From Azolla caroliniana (Eukaryota > Plantae > Polypodiophyta), in assembly GCA_043228905.1 (NCBI GenBank), contig JBHGNT010000011.1:21576001-21640000 (forward strand): a stretch of DNA of 64,000 nucleotides. The letters are read 5' to 3'. Position 1 is the first letter of the stretch; each line of letters opens with the position of its first letter. This document shows positions 11,711 to 22,200 of this stretch, one piece after another. A program made the position numbers and the translations under genes. The notes beneath the pieces are model-generated. The model was not told the origin of the DNA, did no database searches, and saw only the letters and a list, made by a program, of their open reading frames with translations.

Positions 11711-14700
11711 ATGGAAGGCGGCGGCAGCGGGCAGCCGGGGATGATGGTGCTGAATGCACAGAATTACGCCGACTGGAAGATCAAGATGGAGGATCTTCTG
11801 ATTGTTCGGGACCTGTACGAACCGATTGACAGGTTGGAAATACCGAAGGGGGTACTTGAGTCGGAGTGGAAGCTCCTGAACCGGAAAGCCGTAGCGACGA
11901 TCCGACAATATGTCGATGTAAGCGTCCTACAACATGTGGCGAACGACACCAACGCATATGAAATGTGGAAGAAGCTGTCGGGCCTCTACGAGAGGAAGAA
12001 TGCGTTGAACCGGACCTCCCTGATGAGGAAGATTGTGAATCTCAAGTACCGGGACGGCGAGAGTATGGTGGAACACGTAAGCACGTTCATGGGATTCGTG
12101 AATCAGCTTGCGGCGATCAAGTTCCCGCTGGAGGATGCAATGCAAGCCATCATCCTGATGTGTACATTGCCGGACAGCTGGGAGAACTTGGTGGTGACTC
12201 TCAGCACCTCCTGCACCGAAGATAACTTGTCCTTGCAAACGGTAAAGACAAGTATCTTGAACGAAGAAGCGCGTCGGAGAGACAAGGAACCGGCCTCCGA
12301 ACCGAAGATGCTATTTACCGAATCGGATCGGGGAAGACAATGGAACCGGAGTCCGCAAAGACGGGAGAAGTCGGGGACCCGGTCGCAGTCAAGAGGAAGG
12401 CCCACATGCTTCCACTGTGGGAAGCCGGGGCACTTCCGAAAGAATTGTCGGCATTACCGAAAAGACAACGGAGCCGACGACACCGATTCGAAGAAGTCAC
12501 CGGAGAGAAACGGTGCATACCGGGGAGCCACGGACCGGAGAGGTTCGGATCGGCGAGGGCAGGACCGGAAAGGAACGACGGCACTCGCGGCAAGTGAAGA
12601 AGAAATCATGCTCATCACCGAAGAAGGTGAGCTAAACATTGCCGGCGATGAGACGACCTGGGTGGTCGATTCCGGAGCATCGTTCCACCTGACCCCGGAG
12701 AGAAGATACTTCTCATCCTACACAGCCGGTGAGCATGGCTGTGTTCGGATGGGAAACGAAGGTACGTGCCGGATTGCCGGCATAGGAGATGTGTGGCTGA
12801 CAACCCCGACCGGATGCAAAATGCTGCTGAAGAATGTCCGACACGTTCCGGAGGTCCGACTGAACCTGATTTCGGCCGGGAGGCTAGATGACGAAGGCTA
12901 CACGGGTAGCATCCAGAACGGCGTAATGAAGTTCAGCAAGGGGAGCCTGATAGTGGCTCGGGCCCGGAAAGACAACACACTGTACCTGATGAATGCCCGG
13001 TTATGTCCGGAAGAGCTGAATGTGGCAGCCGACACTGCCGGTGAGCTGTGGCACAAGAGACTGTGCCATATGAGTGAGAAGGGGATGAAGAGGCTTGCAG
13101 AAGACAATCTTATTCCAGTGAAGCATGTGCACCTGGAGAGGTGCACCGACTGTCTGGCCGGTAAGCAAAACCGGACCTCCTTCCACTCAAGGCCACCGAC
13201 GAGACGTAGCGCACCATTGGAGTTGGTGCACACTGATGTGTGTCAGGTAGAAACGAAGTCACATGGCGGAGCCCAGTACTTCGTAACATTCATCGATGAT
13301 CATAGCCGAAAACTGTGGTCGGCACCGATGAAGACAAAGGACCAAGTGTTGTGCGTCTTCAAAGATCTCCACGCGAGAGTGGAAAGGGAATCCGGCAAGA
13401 AGCTGAAAGCGATACGAGCGGATAACGGAGGGGAATACCGGGGGCAGTTCCAGGAGTACTGTCGCTCGAAGGGAATCCGGCTCGAGTTTACTGTGCCGAA
13501 GACGCCGGAACTGAACGGGCTGGCCGAGAGGATGAACCGGACCATAATGGAGAGGGTCCGGAGTATGCTGGCGCATGCGAAATTACCCAAGGGATTTTGG
13601 GCTGAGGCAATGTCGACGGCGACATATGTGATAAACAGATCACCCTCAGTACCTTTGGACGGAGACACGCCGCAGAGAGTGTGGACCGGTAGGGAAGTAT
13701 CCTACCGGCATCTGAAGGTGTTCGGGTGTCTCGCATACGTGCATGTGGCAAAGGACCAGAGAGGGAAGCTAGATCCAAAGACCCGGCCATGCATATTCCT
13801 CGGTTACGGCGACGACGAGTTCGGCTACCGAGTATGGGACCCGGTCGACAAGAAGATATTCAGGAGTCGAGACATCATCTTCATGGAGGACAAGACACTC
13901 GCCGACTTGGAGTCGGAGAAGAAGATGAAGAGCTCCAAGTCGACCGGTGAGGATAAACTCTACGAGGAGCAGTCCCGACCGGCAAGGGACCGGTTAGCAC
14001 TCGAGGATCCGGCCGAAGACGGTGAAGAAAGAGAACCGGCCGAGGAAGATGAAAATGATACCGGAACCGTTCCCGATCCCGAAATGGATTCGGATGAAGA
14101 AGAAGAATCAGAAGAACCGGTTACCGAAGCTCCGGAACGGAGATATCCTCTAAGAGAGAGAAGGGCCCCCCGGAGATTTCCGGAACCAGAGCACGTGCTG
14201 CTAACCGACGAAGGGGAGCCGGAGAGCTTTGAAGAAGCAAAGCATGACACCCAGAGCCGCAGGTGGTTGAGTGCCATGCAGGACGAGATGGATTCCCTGC
14301 ATGAGAACCACACATATGAACTTGTGGAGTTGCCGAAAGGAAAACGGGCACTCCGTAACAAGTGGGTGTTCAAGCTGAAACCGGGAGATGCCGGAAACCC
14401 CCCGAGATACAAAGCCAGGATCGTGGTGAAGGGGTTTCAGCAGAAGAAGGGCGTCGACTTCGACGAGATATTTGCCCCGGTAGTGAAGATGACCTCCATC
14501 CGGACGGTGCTGAGCATAGCGGCAAGCATGGACCTCGAGGTAGAACAGATGGACGTGAAGACGGCATTCCTTCACGGTGACCTCGAAGAAGAGATCTACA
14601 TGCAGCAACCGGAAGGATTCGAGAAGAAAGGGAAGGAGCACCTGGTATGCCGGTTGAAGAAGAGCCTTTACGGACTGAAGCAGGCTCCCCGGCAATGGTA

Positions 14701-15787
14701 CCGGAAGTTCGACTCCTTCATGACCGACGAAGGGTACCTCAAAACGCAGTCCGACCACTGCGTGTTTGTGAAGAAGTTCGAAGGAGGAGACTCTCTAATA
14801 CTCCTCCTGTACGTGGACGACATGTTGATCGTCGGACGGGACCAGGTCAAGATACGGATGCTGAAGAAGGCTCTTCACCGAACCTTCTCAATGAAGGACC
14901 TGGGTCTGGCGAGACAAATACTAGGGATGCACATCATCCGGGACCGGAAGAAGAAGCAGTTGTGGCTGTCACAGGAGAAGTACGTGACGAAGGTGCTTCA
15001 CCGGTTCAACATGTCGGAAGCGAGACCGGTCGGATCGTCCCTCCCGACAAACTGCAAGCTGTCCAGCAAGCAAAGTCCCAAGACAAAGGCTGAAAAGGAG
15101 GATATGAAGAAAGTGCCGTATGCCTCAGTCGTCGGGAGCTTGATGTACGCCATGGTGTGTACGAGACCGGACATCGGATATGCAGTCGGAGTGGTGAGCC
15201 GGTACATGAGCAATCCCGGTAAAGAGCATTGGAACGCGGCCAAGTGGATACTCCGATACCTGAAGGGCACAGCAAACGTGTGCCTCCGATTCGGCTCCGG
15301 AAAGCCCGAACTCGACGGCTTTACCGATTCGGATATGTCGGCTGATGCAGATACCAGCCGGTCCACATCAGGGTATGTGATGACGTATGCAGGGGGAGCT
15401 GTTTCATGGCAGTCGAGGCTGCAGAAGACGGTTGCGCTGTCAACCACGGAGGCGGAGTACATGGCGGCTGTTGAAGCCGGCAAGGAAATAATATGGATGA
15501 AGGACTTCATTGGAGAGCTCGGTATCCGGCAGAAGGAGTACCGACTCTACTGCGACAGTCAGAGTGCAATCCACCTTGCAAAGAACGCGGCCTATCACTC
15601 CCGGACGAAGCACATCCAGCGAAGATATCACTGGATCCGGGAAAGGATAGAAGACAAGGAGTTCGTGCTGACGAAGATCCACACGGACGAGAACGGGTCG
15701 GATATGCTGACCAAGGTGCTCACACCCGACAAGCTGGAAGCATGCCGGAAGAGGATCGGATTGGAGAGACATCCCATGCCGAAGTGA
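11711..15787 (+). CDS. Copia Gag-Pol polyprotein (1358 aa)
   Basis: Knuckle CFHCGKPGHFRKNC, protease WVVDSGAS, GAG-pre-integrase LWHKRLCH, integrase HTDVC/DNGGEY/NGLAERMN, RT LLYVDDML, RNase H FTDSD/CDSQSA/SDMLTK. Confidence 0.97.
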   Translation: MEGGGSGQPGMMVLNAQNYADWKIKMEDLLIVRDLYEPIDRLEIPKGVLESEWKLLNRKAVATIRQYVDVSVLQHVANDTNAYEMWKKLSGLYERKNALNRTSLMRKIVNLKYRDGESMVEHVSTFMGFVNQLAAIKFPLEDAMQAIILMCTLPDSWENLVVTLSTSCTEDNLSLQTVKTSILNEEARRRDKEPASEPKMLFTESDRGRQWNRSPQRREKSGTRSQSRGRPTCFHCGKPGHFRKNCRHYRKDNGADDTDSKKSPERNGAYRGATDRRGSDRRGQDRKGTTALAASEEEIMLITEEGELNIAGDETTWVVDSGASFHLTPERRYFSSYTAGEHGCVRMGNEGTCRIAGIGDVWLTTPTGCKMLLKNVRHVPEVRLNLISAGRLDDEGYTGSIQNGVMKFSKGSLIVARARKDNTLYLMNARLCPEELNVAADTAGELWHKRLCHMSEKGMKRLAEDNLIPVKHVHLERCTDCLAGKQNRTSFHSRPPTRRSAPLELVHTDVCQVETKSHGGAQYFVTFIDDHSRKLWSAPMKTKDQVLCVFKDLHARVERESGKKLKAIRADNGGEYRGQFQEYCRSKGIRLEFTVPKTPELNGLAERMNRTIMERVRSMLAHAKLPKGFWAEAMSTATYVINRSPSVPLDGDTPQRVWTGREVSYRHLKVFGCLAYVHVAKDQRGKLDPKTRPCIFLGYGDDEFGYRVWDPVDKKIFRSRDIIFMEDKTLADLESEKKMKSSKSTGEDKLYEEQSRPARDRLALEDPAEDGEEREPAEEDENDTGTVPDPEMDSDEEEESEEPVTEAPERRYPLRERRAPRRFPEPEHVLLTDEGEPESFEEAKHDTQSRRWLSAMQDEMDSLHENHTYELVELPKGKRALRNKWVFKLKPGDAGNPPRYKARIVVKGFQQKKGVDFDEIFAPVVKMTSIRTVLSIAASMDLEVEQMDVKTAFLHGDLEEEIYMQQPEGFEKKGKEHLVCRLKKSLYGLKQAPRQWYRKFDSFMTDEGYLKTQSDHCVFVKKFEGGDSLILLLYVDDMLIVGRDQVKIRMLKKALHRTFSMKDLGLARQILGMHIIRDRKKKQLWLSQEKYVTKVLHRFNMSEARPVGSSLPTNCKLSSKQSPKTKAEKEDMKKVPYASVVGSLMYAMVCTRPDIGYAVGVVSRYMSNPGKEHWNAAKWILRYLKGTANVCLRFGSGKPELDGFTDSDMSADADTSRSTSGYVMTYAGGAVSWQSRLQKTVALSTTEAEYMAAVEAGKEIIWMKDFIGELGIRQKEYRLYCDSQSAIHLAKNAAYHSRTKHIQRRYHWIRERIEDKEFVLTKIHTDENGSDMLTKVLTPDKLEACRKRIGLERHPMPK

Positions 15788-15797
15788 AGGGGGAGTT

Positions 15798-16372
15798 TGT
15801 TGGGATTACGGTCCCTTCGAATGGGATGGTCGGATCCGGACGGGACGGTCCCGGTTTCGGTTTCGGTACCGGATGACGAATGTACCCGGAGAGCGATCCG
15901 GATGCAGGGACATATCCGTGAATATGTTTCCTATGGGCCCATGTGGCTACAGTTGTAAATAGCCCAAAGTCATATAAGTATAAATATGACTTAGGGCAAA
16001 CAGTTTTACTGTTGCTTCTTATTTTTTTCTGTTTTTCCACTTTAGAGGAGTGAAGAGGGAGCAGCCGTGCGAGAGAGAGAGAGATAGAGCGCGAGAGAGG
16101 AAGAGGACGATGCCTCTGTGTATTTCCGCCGCCTGTGGCGAGGACAGCGAGCTCAAGGTCGTCGCCTTGAGCTCGTCATTGTATACTTCTCTTTGTATAG
16201 CGTTGTTTGGAGTCTTGTACTCCCGTGGTTTTTTCCCATCTAGGGTTTTCCACGTTAATCCCTGTGTAATCGTGTATTTCTCTCTTTTGGTTCCTATTTT
16301 CTGCTTCATTGATCCGTAACTACTCGGTTGTGGCCGAGTGAAGAAGGTGAATCGAATCGTTGATTCACGACA
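15798..16372 (+). repeat. Copia 3' LTR
   Basis: One difference from the 5' LTR found by eye (C11419 vs T16111). Confidence 0.97.
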
Positions 16373-17160
16373 CGTACAACTCCTATGGGTAACACATGAC
16401 ACGCCTGTGGGACAGTGCATCGCACGGTGAACCCACTCGCCATGGCAACTATTCACGACCGGAACTCCATCGGTCATCTCAACGGTCGGAAATCCATCGA
16501 CCGGATCATAGCTCTACGATCCATAACGTCGATCGGAGCATTGCATAACTCGAACCTTCTCATTCGGTCAGCATATCGCTCAATTGGATCACACACCAAT
16601 TGGCTCCTCCATTGCGGCATGGCCCTTTCATGATTCTGTTACATGTATGTGTATTTTTCGGTTTCTTCATGTGAATTGAGCTTTGTATTTTGTACCCTTG
16701 GTCTCTAAAATTTTTACCCTCAAGTTTTTTGTTTTTTGTTTTTTGGCCCTTGAGTTTTCGAAATTCTACATTCTGCCCTCCACTTTTTGAAATCTCACCC
16801 CTTGAGCTTTTAAAATTTCATCTTCTCTGCCCTTATGTTTCTAAAATTTTCTCTTCATACCCCTCTTCTCTTTCTTCGTTTCCTTCTGTCTCCTCTTTTT
16901 CTTCTTCTACGTTCTTCTCTTCTTCTGCTTCTTCTTCCTCCTCTTCGTTTCTTCCAATTTGTCTTCTCTTGGCCTCCTCTCTCCTTCTATCTGGTGGCCG
17001 TCTCGACCCGCTAGCTCTGTCTGCTGGTTGTTTGGTTCTCTCGGCCGGCTGGCTGGCTCTCTGTCTTTCCGCCACCGTCGGTTGTCGTCGTATCTCGGTA
17101 GGCTCTTGGCTGACGCTGATCTCTCAGCCAATTCTTGGCTCAACCTTCTTTCGGCCATCA

Positions 17161-17450
17161 CTTGGCCGTACTCTTGGTCGCGCGTCTCGACCGTATACTC
17201 AGCCATGCGTCTTGGCCGTACACTCAACCACACGTCTCGGGGGCATTCTTGGCCGCGTGTCTCGGCTGTACTCTCGGTCATGCGACTTGGCCGTACTCTC
17301 GGCCCTGCATCTCGGCCGTACTCTTAGCCACACGTCTCACCCACCCGCATTCTCAACCGCTCGTGTCAGCCGTACTCTCAGCCACCCATCTCGGCCGTGC
17401 GTCTAAGCCGTGCATCTCAGCCGTAATCGCGCCACGTGTCTCGGCCGCAC
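17161..17450. repeat. GC-rich 25-bp minisatellite, ~11 degenerate copies
   Basis: Consensus approx. CTCGGCCGTACTCTCAGCCACGCGT. Units start at 17161, 17186, 17211, 17236, 17261, 17286 and 17311. Confidence 0.85.
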
Positions 17451-18546
17451 ATGTGGGCCACCTTCGGATGTCTGCTTATGGCCGTTTGTGACCGTGGCCA
17501 TCTCTGCCACCATTCTATTCAGAGTTCCTCATGTGTAAAGACCTTCCACTATTATAGCCATATGTTGGGGAAAATGTTATCCGCAACTGATCCCAAAGTC
17601 TTTGTAATCGCGGGGATGCTAGATCGGATAGAACGGCAGATTGTTGCCTTCCCATCTTCACCTTGAGCTTGACCTTGACCAGAGGCGGGGATAATTATGC
17701 ATCAGAGATCACACTCCATGAGATTGGATAGCCGTATCTCACTTGGCCTCAACAGGTGCGTGTAGATAAAGCAGAAAGATTCGAGATCTGAAGCAAACTC
17801 CGAAACAGGGCATGGCAGTGGGAGAACAGTAGCTACAATAAAAGAGCATGAAGAGGACAACCCCCTAGTATCGTTGTGGCAGAAGAGAGGATTAATAATG
17901 GCGATGGATCCAAGAAATGGCGGCAATGGAAGAAGTGTTGTAGGGATTAAGAACAGATACTCTGTCGCGTTGCAGGGAGCACGGGAACAGAGTCAGCGTG
18001 CATTTGTGCTTCGATCCATGTTCATGCAAGCAGTAGTAAGCTCTTTATCTGATCCGGCAATGGGGTGTATTATCATGGGATGTGTGATCTGTTGGCGGCT
18101 CCTCTTGTTGGGCCACTAGCAGTGGCAGCCGCCATGGCTCCTCCTCCTGCTCCAACTCCTTCTGCGTTGCCCCACTATACATGCAGGTTTGGGAATCAGG
18201 GGCACTTAGAGGAGGCCAAAGTTTACATCCATGGCGTTCATCCTACAGAAGAGGAAGCGTCATCATCATCATCATCATAGGTGGGGGTTGGTCTTTGGGT
18301 CTCTCTTTCTTTCCAGTTGGCTATGGCTTCTTCTTCTACTACAACGGCGACGATTCATTTGATTCTTCTTCTCCCATTCGAAATGCAGTCTCATGCTTTC
18401 GATCGTTTTCTATTCACTCGTTGCACCCCCTCTAGCATCACATCTTTAATGATGTCTTGCATACTATTTGGACATAGAGATGCTTGAGTTGCAAGTGAAG
18501 TGTTACCCGTAGGAGTGGTACGGGGCGATATAAGGGTAAAACACGT

Positions 18547-19227
18547 TGTCGCGTTGTTACGCGCGTGCGTGGAGAAGGGCGGAACCACGGGGGTCTTGGA
18601 CTAAGGAGAAGGGGAGAAGGAATAGGACTTCGGAATGGAGCTTAGCACAAGAAGAGAAAGAATGAACAAGAGGAAGATGGAGGCCAAATGCTCAACAAGA
18701 TATATTAGAAACGAAAACCGATTACAAAATGGCGGCCGCGTAGGCCGCACCGAACGGCTATGATAAACCCGAAACCCTAATCCGACGAAGAAGAAAAGAA
18801 ACCCTAACTAAGGAACCCTAAACGAAATGGTATACCTCACTCACACTCCAAAATAAGGCAACCCCCACAATGGTGCTCTTCCTCTCCTTTTATAGCACAA
18901 GGAGAGAAGACCGTTTTCAAAAAGGGTGCTACAAAATATCCCCTTTCAATCAATGGGGATATTTCCCTTGATTTTAGGGGAGGTGGGAAGGATGGGTCTT
19001 AACTCCCACCTCTACACGAACTACCACGTACCTATCTCCCTCTCTCACGTGGATGTGCGCGCAAAAGCACATCACCTTTACACTTTACAAATCCTAAGGT
19101 GCATTTCTAGCACCATACTTATCACTATCGATAAATAGAAATACAACATGGTGATGTGCAACGTTGCACATCGCGGGTTTGCTTGCTTCGCTCGGTTTTC
19201 CGCCTATGGACGAAAATCTTCACGACA
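18547..19227 (-). mobile_element. Solo LTR D of the clan
   Basis: Minus strand reads TGTCGTGAAG...ACGCGACA. TSD ACGT at 18543-18546 and 19228-19231. Confidence 0.92.
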
Positions 19228-19231
19228 ACGT

Positions 19232-22200
19232 TGTCGTGAAGAATTTCGGCCAGAGGCGGAAACCGGGAACATCGGTTACATCGGCGGGGTGTAGCGTGTG
19301 TACGCACCCATGTACATTTAGTGTGAATATCGAGGGCGCCTTTATGGCGCCGAAGAGTAGTCAAGTCGGGACAGACGATCCCATGTAAGTCGGGATTTGT
19401 CCCACATTTTAACGCATCCCTTTCCTTGTTCTATAAAAGGAAGGGGACGCCCTTTGTGAAAGGGTTGCCCATTTTGCATTAGAGGGTATACCGTTAGGTT
19501 TAGAGTTAGGTTTTTTTTTTCTTCTTCTTCTTCTCCTTCGTGTTCGCTTAGGGTTTGCTTCAGCTCATCTCCTGTGCAAGACCCTGCTCGGCGCGACGAG
19601 CCCGTGAGCTCCCCGACGGCGGCTTGGCAGCTGGCGACTACTGTAACCTGCCTTGAAACGGCTCGAAGCCGGGAATGTATTCTTCTGTTTATATATATAC
19701 ATTTGCGTCTGTCTGTCTATTAGCGTCTCGGTCGGTGTCGGGTGCTTCCCGGAAACGGTGAAGCACGACTTCCTACGCTCTGTCACTCCCTGGTCCAAGA
19801 CCCCCGTGGTCCCGCCTTTCTCCACGCACGCGCGTAACAACGCGACATATTTGGTGAACCCGACGTGAAAGACGGCAAGGGAGGATGGAATTGGAAGACG
19901 ACGACCTTGCGGAGATGGTGGCCGAAGTGGTGTTGGAGTCGGCACGAGTGGTGATGAGGTGAGAAGTAGCGCAACAAGCTGTTGAGCGAGTGGTCGAAAG
20001 AGTCGACCGTTTCAACGGGGACAAAGTCCCATCTTACTTGGAAGCCTATAACGCGGAAATGGAGGAGCGTGGCGTAGACGAGGCGTTGAGGCTGGAGTTC
20101 TTCTGTCGGGTCGTGCCTGTCCGGATGCATGCGGAAATAAAGGTGCTCCGTGAGGCTCACAGTTCATGGGAAGCCTTCGAAGAGACGCTCCCGAGGGCAT
20201 TCGGAGGATGGCGGAAGAGTCGGGGATGACACGACTTCGACCAGTGGGTAGCATCGGCAAAGACCCACCGGGGCGCGACCAAGGCGTTCCGAGAGTTCGA
20301 GCGACGGCTTGCTCGGCTCCCGGAGCGGGAACAAGGATTGGTGGGGGTGGACAAGGTCCTATTGTTCGTCAGGTCGATCGACCGAGCGGAACGGGAGGCC
20401 ATCGGGATTGAGCTCGAAGACGATGACGGAGCGAATGGGCTTACAGAGGACTGGTTGAAGGTCAGAAGGGTGTGCCGACGGCTAGATGATGAGCGAGCCG
20501 ACAAGGCTAAGAGGAAGGTACGCGACGGCGTGCCATCACAGCGGGAAGAGGCCGAATGACAAAGAGAGTCGGCAAGGGTCGGCGTTGGGGCTAGGATTGC
20601 GGAGGCGTACGCAGCTCTCGAGGCGATGCTCGAGGAAGAGGAAAGACGGAAGCTGCAAGCCGAGACTGAGAAGACGGACTTGCCCCACGCGACGACAGAA
20701 GATCGATACGTCGGTACCACGGGAGAGGGTGCGGAACGAAACGCCCTCTCGACTTGCGGAGATAGAATGGCCAAGGACGAGGCCAAGATACAGATCGCGG
20801 AACCGGAACGTTGGGACCGGCGGTTTCGGGCGTGTCCGCCCGAGATCCCGGTCATTGGAGAAGCAAGCCCAGACGGGGCTTGCGCGATCGGTAAGAAGAC
20901 GACCGCCGACCACGAAGAGTCAGTGGCTACGGACAAGGGTGTAAAATGGACGGGCGATTCTTTGTGTCTTCCCACACTTGCTCCCGAGACGATGGCAGTC
21001 GGGCCCGAGTGCCCACGTGAGTCCCAAGCGGAGGAAGGCGGCGACGAAAGACCGAGAATCACCGGCGAGACGATACGGGGAAGGAGCGGACGAAAGCCCA
21101 CGGACCCAATTCCGGAGAACTTGGCATTCGGGCCCGTATGCCCATGTAAGATCAAGGAGATGGATGGCGGTACCGAGGAGTCCTGGCACGATGCCAACGA
21201 AGTCGGATGGGAAACGGCCTGCGAGGAGGCCGAGGACGGACGCGGCACGAGGAGATCGGCATTCCGATACGGGTGGAGCATGATCCGGTCGTGGATTGTT
21301 CGATCGGGGCCGGGTTCGGCATCACAGTGCCGAAACGGAAGAGGGTGCGGGACGAGCCACCCTCTTTTACATGGGGAGAAAGACCGACCGAGCGAAGGTC
21401 GAGATTTGGAATGAGAATGAAAGCCGGTCCTATGGGATTCCTTATGTCGATTCGGCTGCAGGCCCGAGTGCCGGCGTGAGTCCTATAAGAGAGATCGGTG
21501 GCGACAGGAGAATGGGACTCGGCAATCCGGAGAAAGACGAACGAACCCGAGCGAGAACCGGGCGGAGCGGACTCCCGGATGACCATTCCGGGAAGGAGGG
21601 AGAGAGTTGGCCTACGAAGAGGCCGAGGACACGGTACGTCAGTACCACGGGAGAGGGTGCGGAACAAAACGCCCTCTCGGCATGCGGAAAAGGACGACTC
21701 GGGACAGGGTCGGGAAGGCAAATCGGAAGCCCAAGGAGGTTCCTTCACACCGGTTCTAGAGACTTCGACAGTCGGCAACGCGGTCGACGTAAGACCAAGA
21801 TACTGACGGTGACGGCGAGGTGACAAAGGCAATGGGCGTAAGGAAGTCCGGTCCTACGGGATCCCCACACTTAACCGGAGACTACGGCTGTTCGGCCAAC
21901 GTGGCAACGTAAGACCGAGGGAGAAGGAAGGTGGCGGCGGGAAATGGGACCCGACTATGCGGAAGACACGAGGAGAGTCCGGGAGGGACTCAAAACAAAG
22001 GCACCTGAATTACGGCAAGCATAGAAACGGGGTCCGGTCCTATGGGACCCTCACACCGAACCGGAGACTCCGGCAGTTCGGCCAACGTGGCAACATGAGA
22101 CCGAGAGAGAAGGTTGGTGGCGGCAAGGAACGGGACCCGACGACACGAGGTTTTGGAAGGAGCCGGTAGGGGCAAACACGGGGAGGTGTGTCAGGCTGGA

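Larger units (their letters stand above)
11106..16372 (+). mobile_element. Intact, very young Ty1/copia LTR retrotransposon (Tnt1/Tork-like)
   Basis: 575-bp LTRs at 11106-11680 and 15798-16372. TSD CGTAC at 11101-11105 and 16373-16377. Met-i PBS at 11684-11695, PPT at 15787-15795, one uninterrupted ORF. Confidence 0.98.
11077..18546. mobile_element. Unclassified non-coding TIR element (~2.2 kb once the copia is removed)
   Basis: The left arm (11077-11105 plus 16378-16395) is the reverse complement of 18500-18546: 47 bp with 3 mismatches. No transposase ORF is visible. Confidence 0.75.

Noticed and set aside
17161-17450. Possible CRISPR-like array
   Set aside because: The units are contiguous degenerate tandem copies with no unique spacers, no cas genes are present, and the context is eukaryotic.
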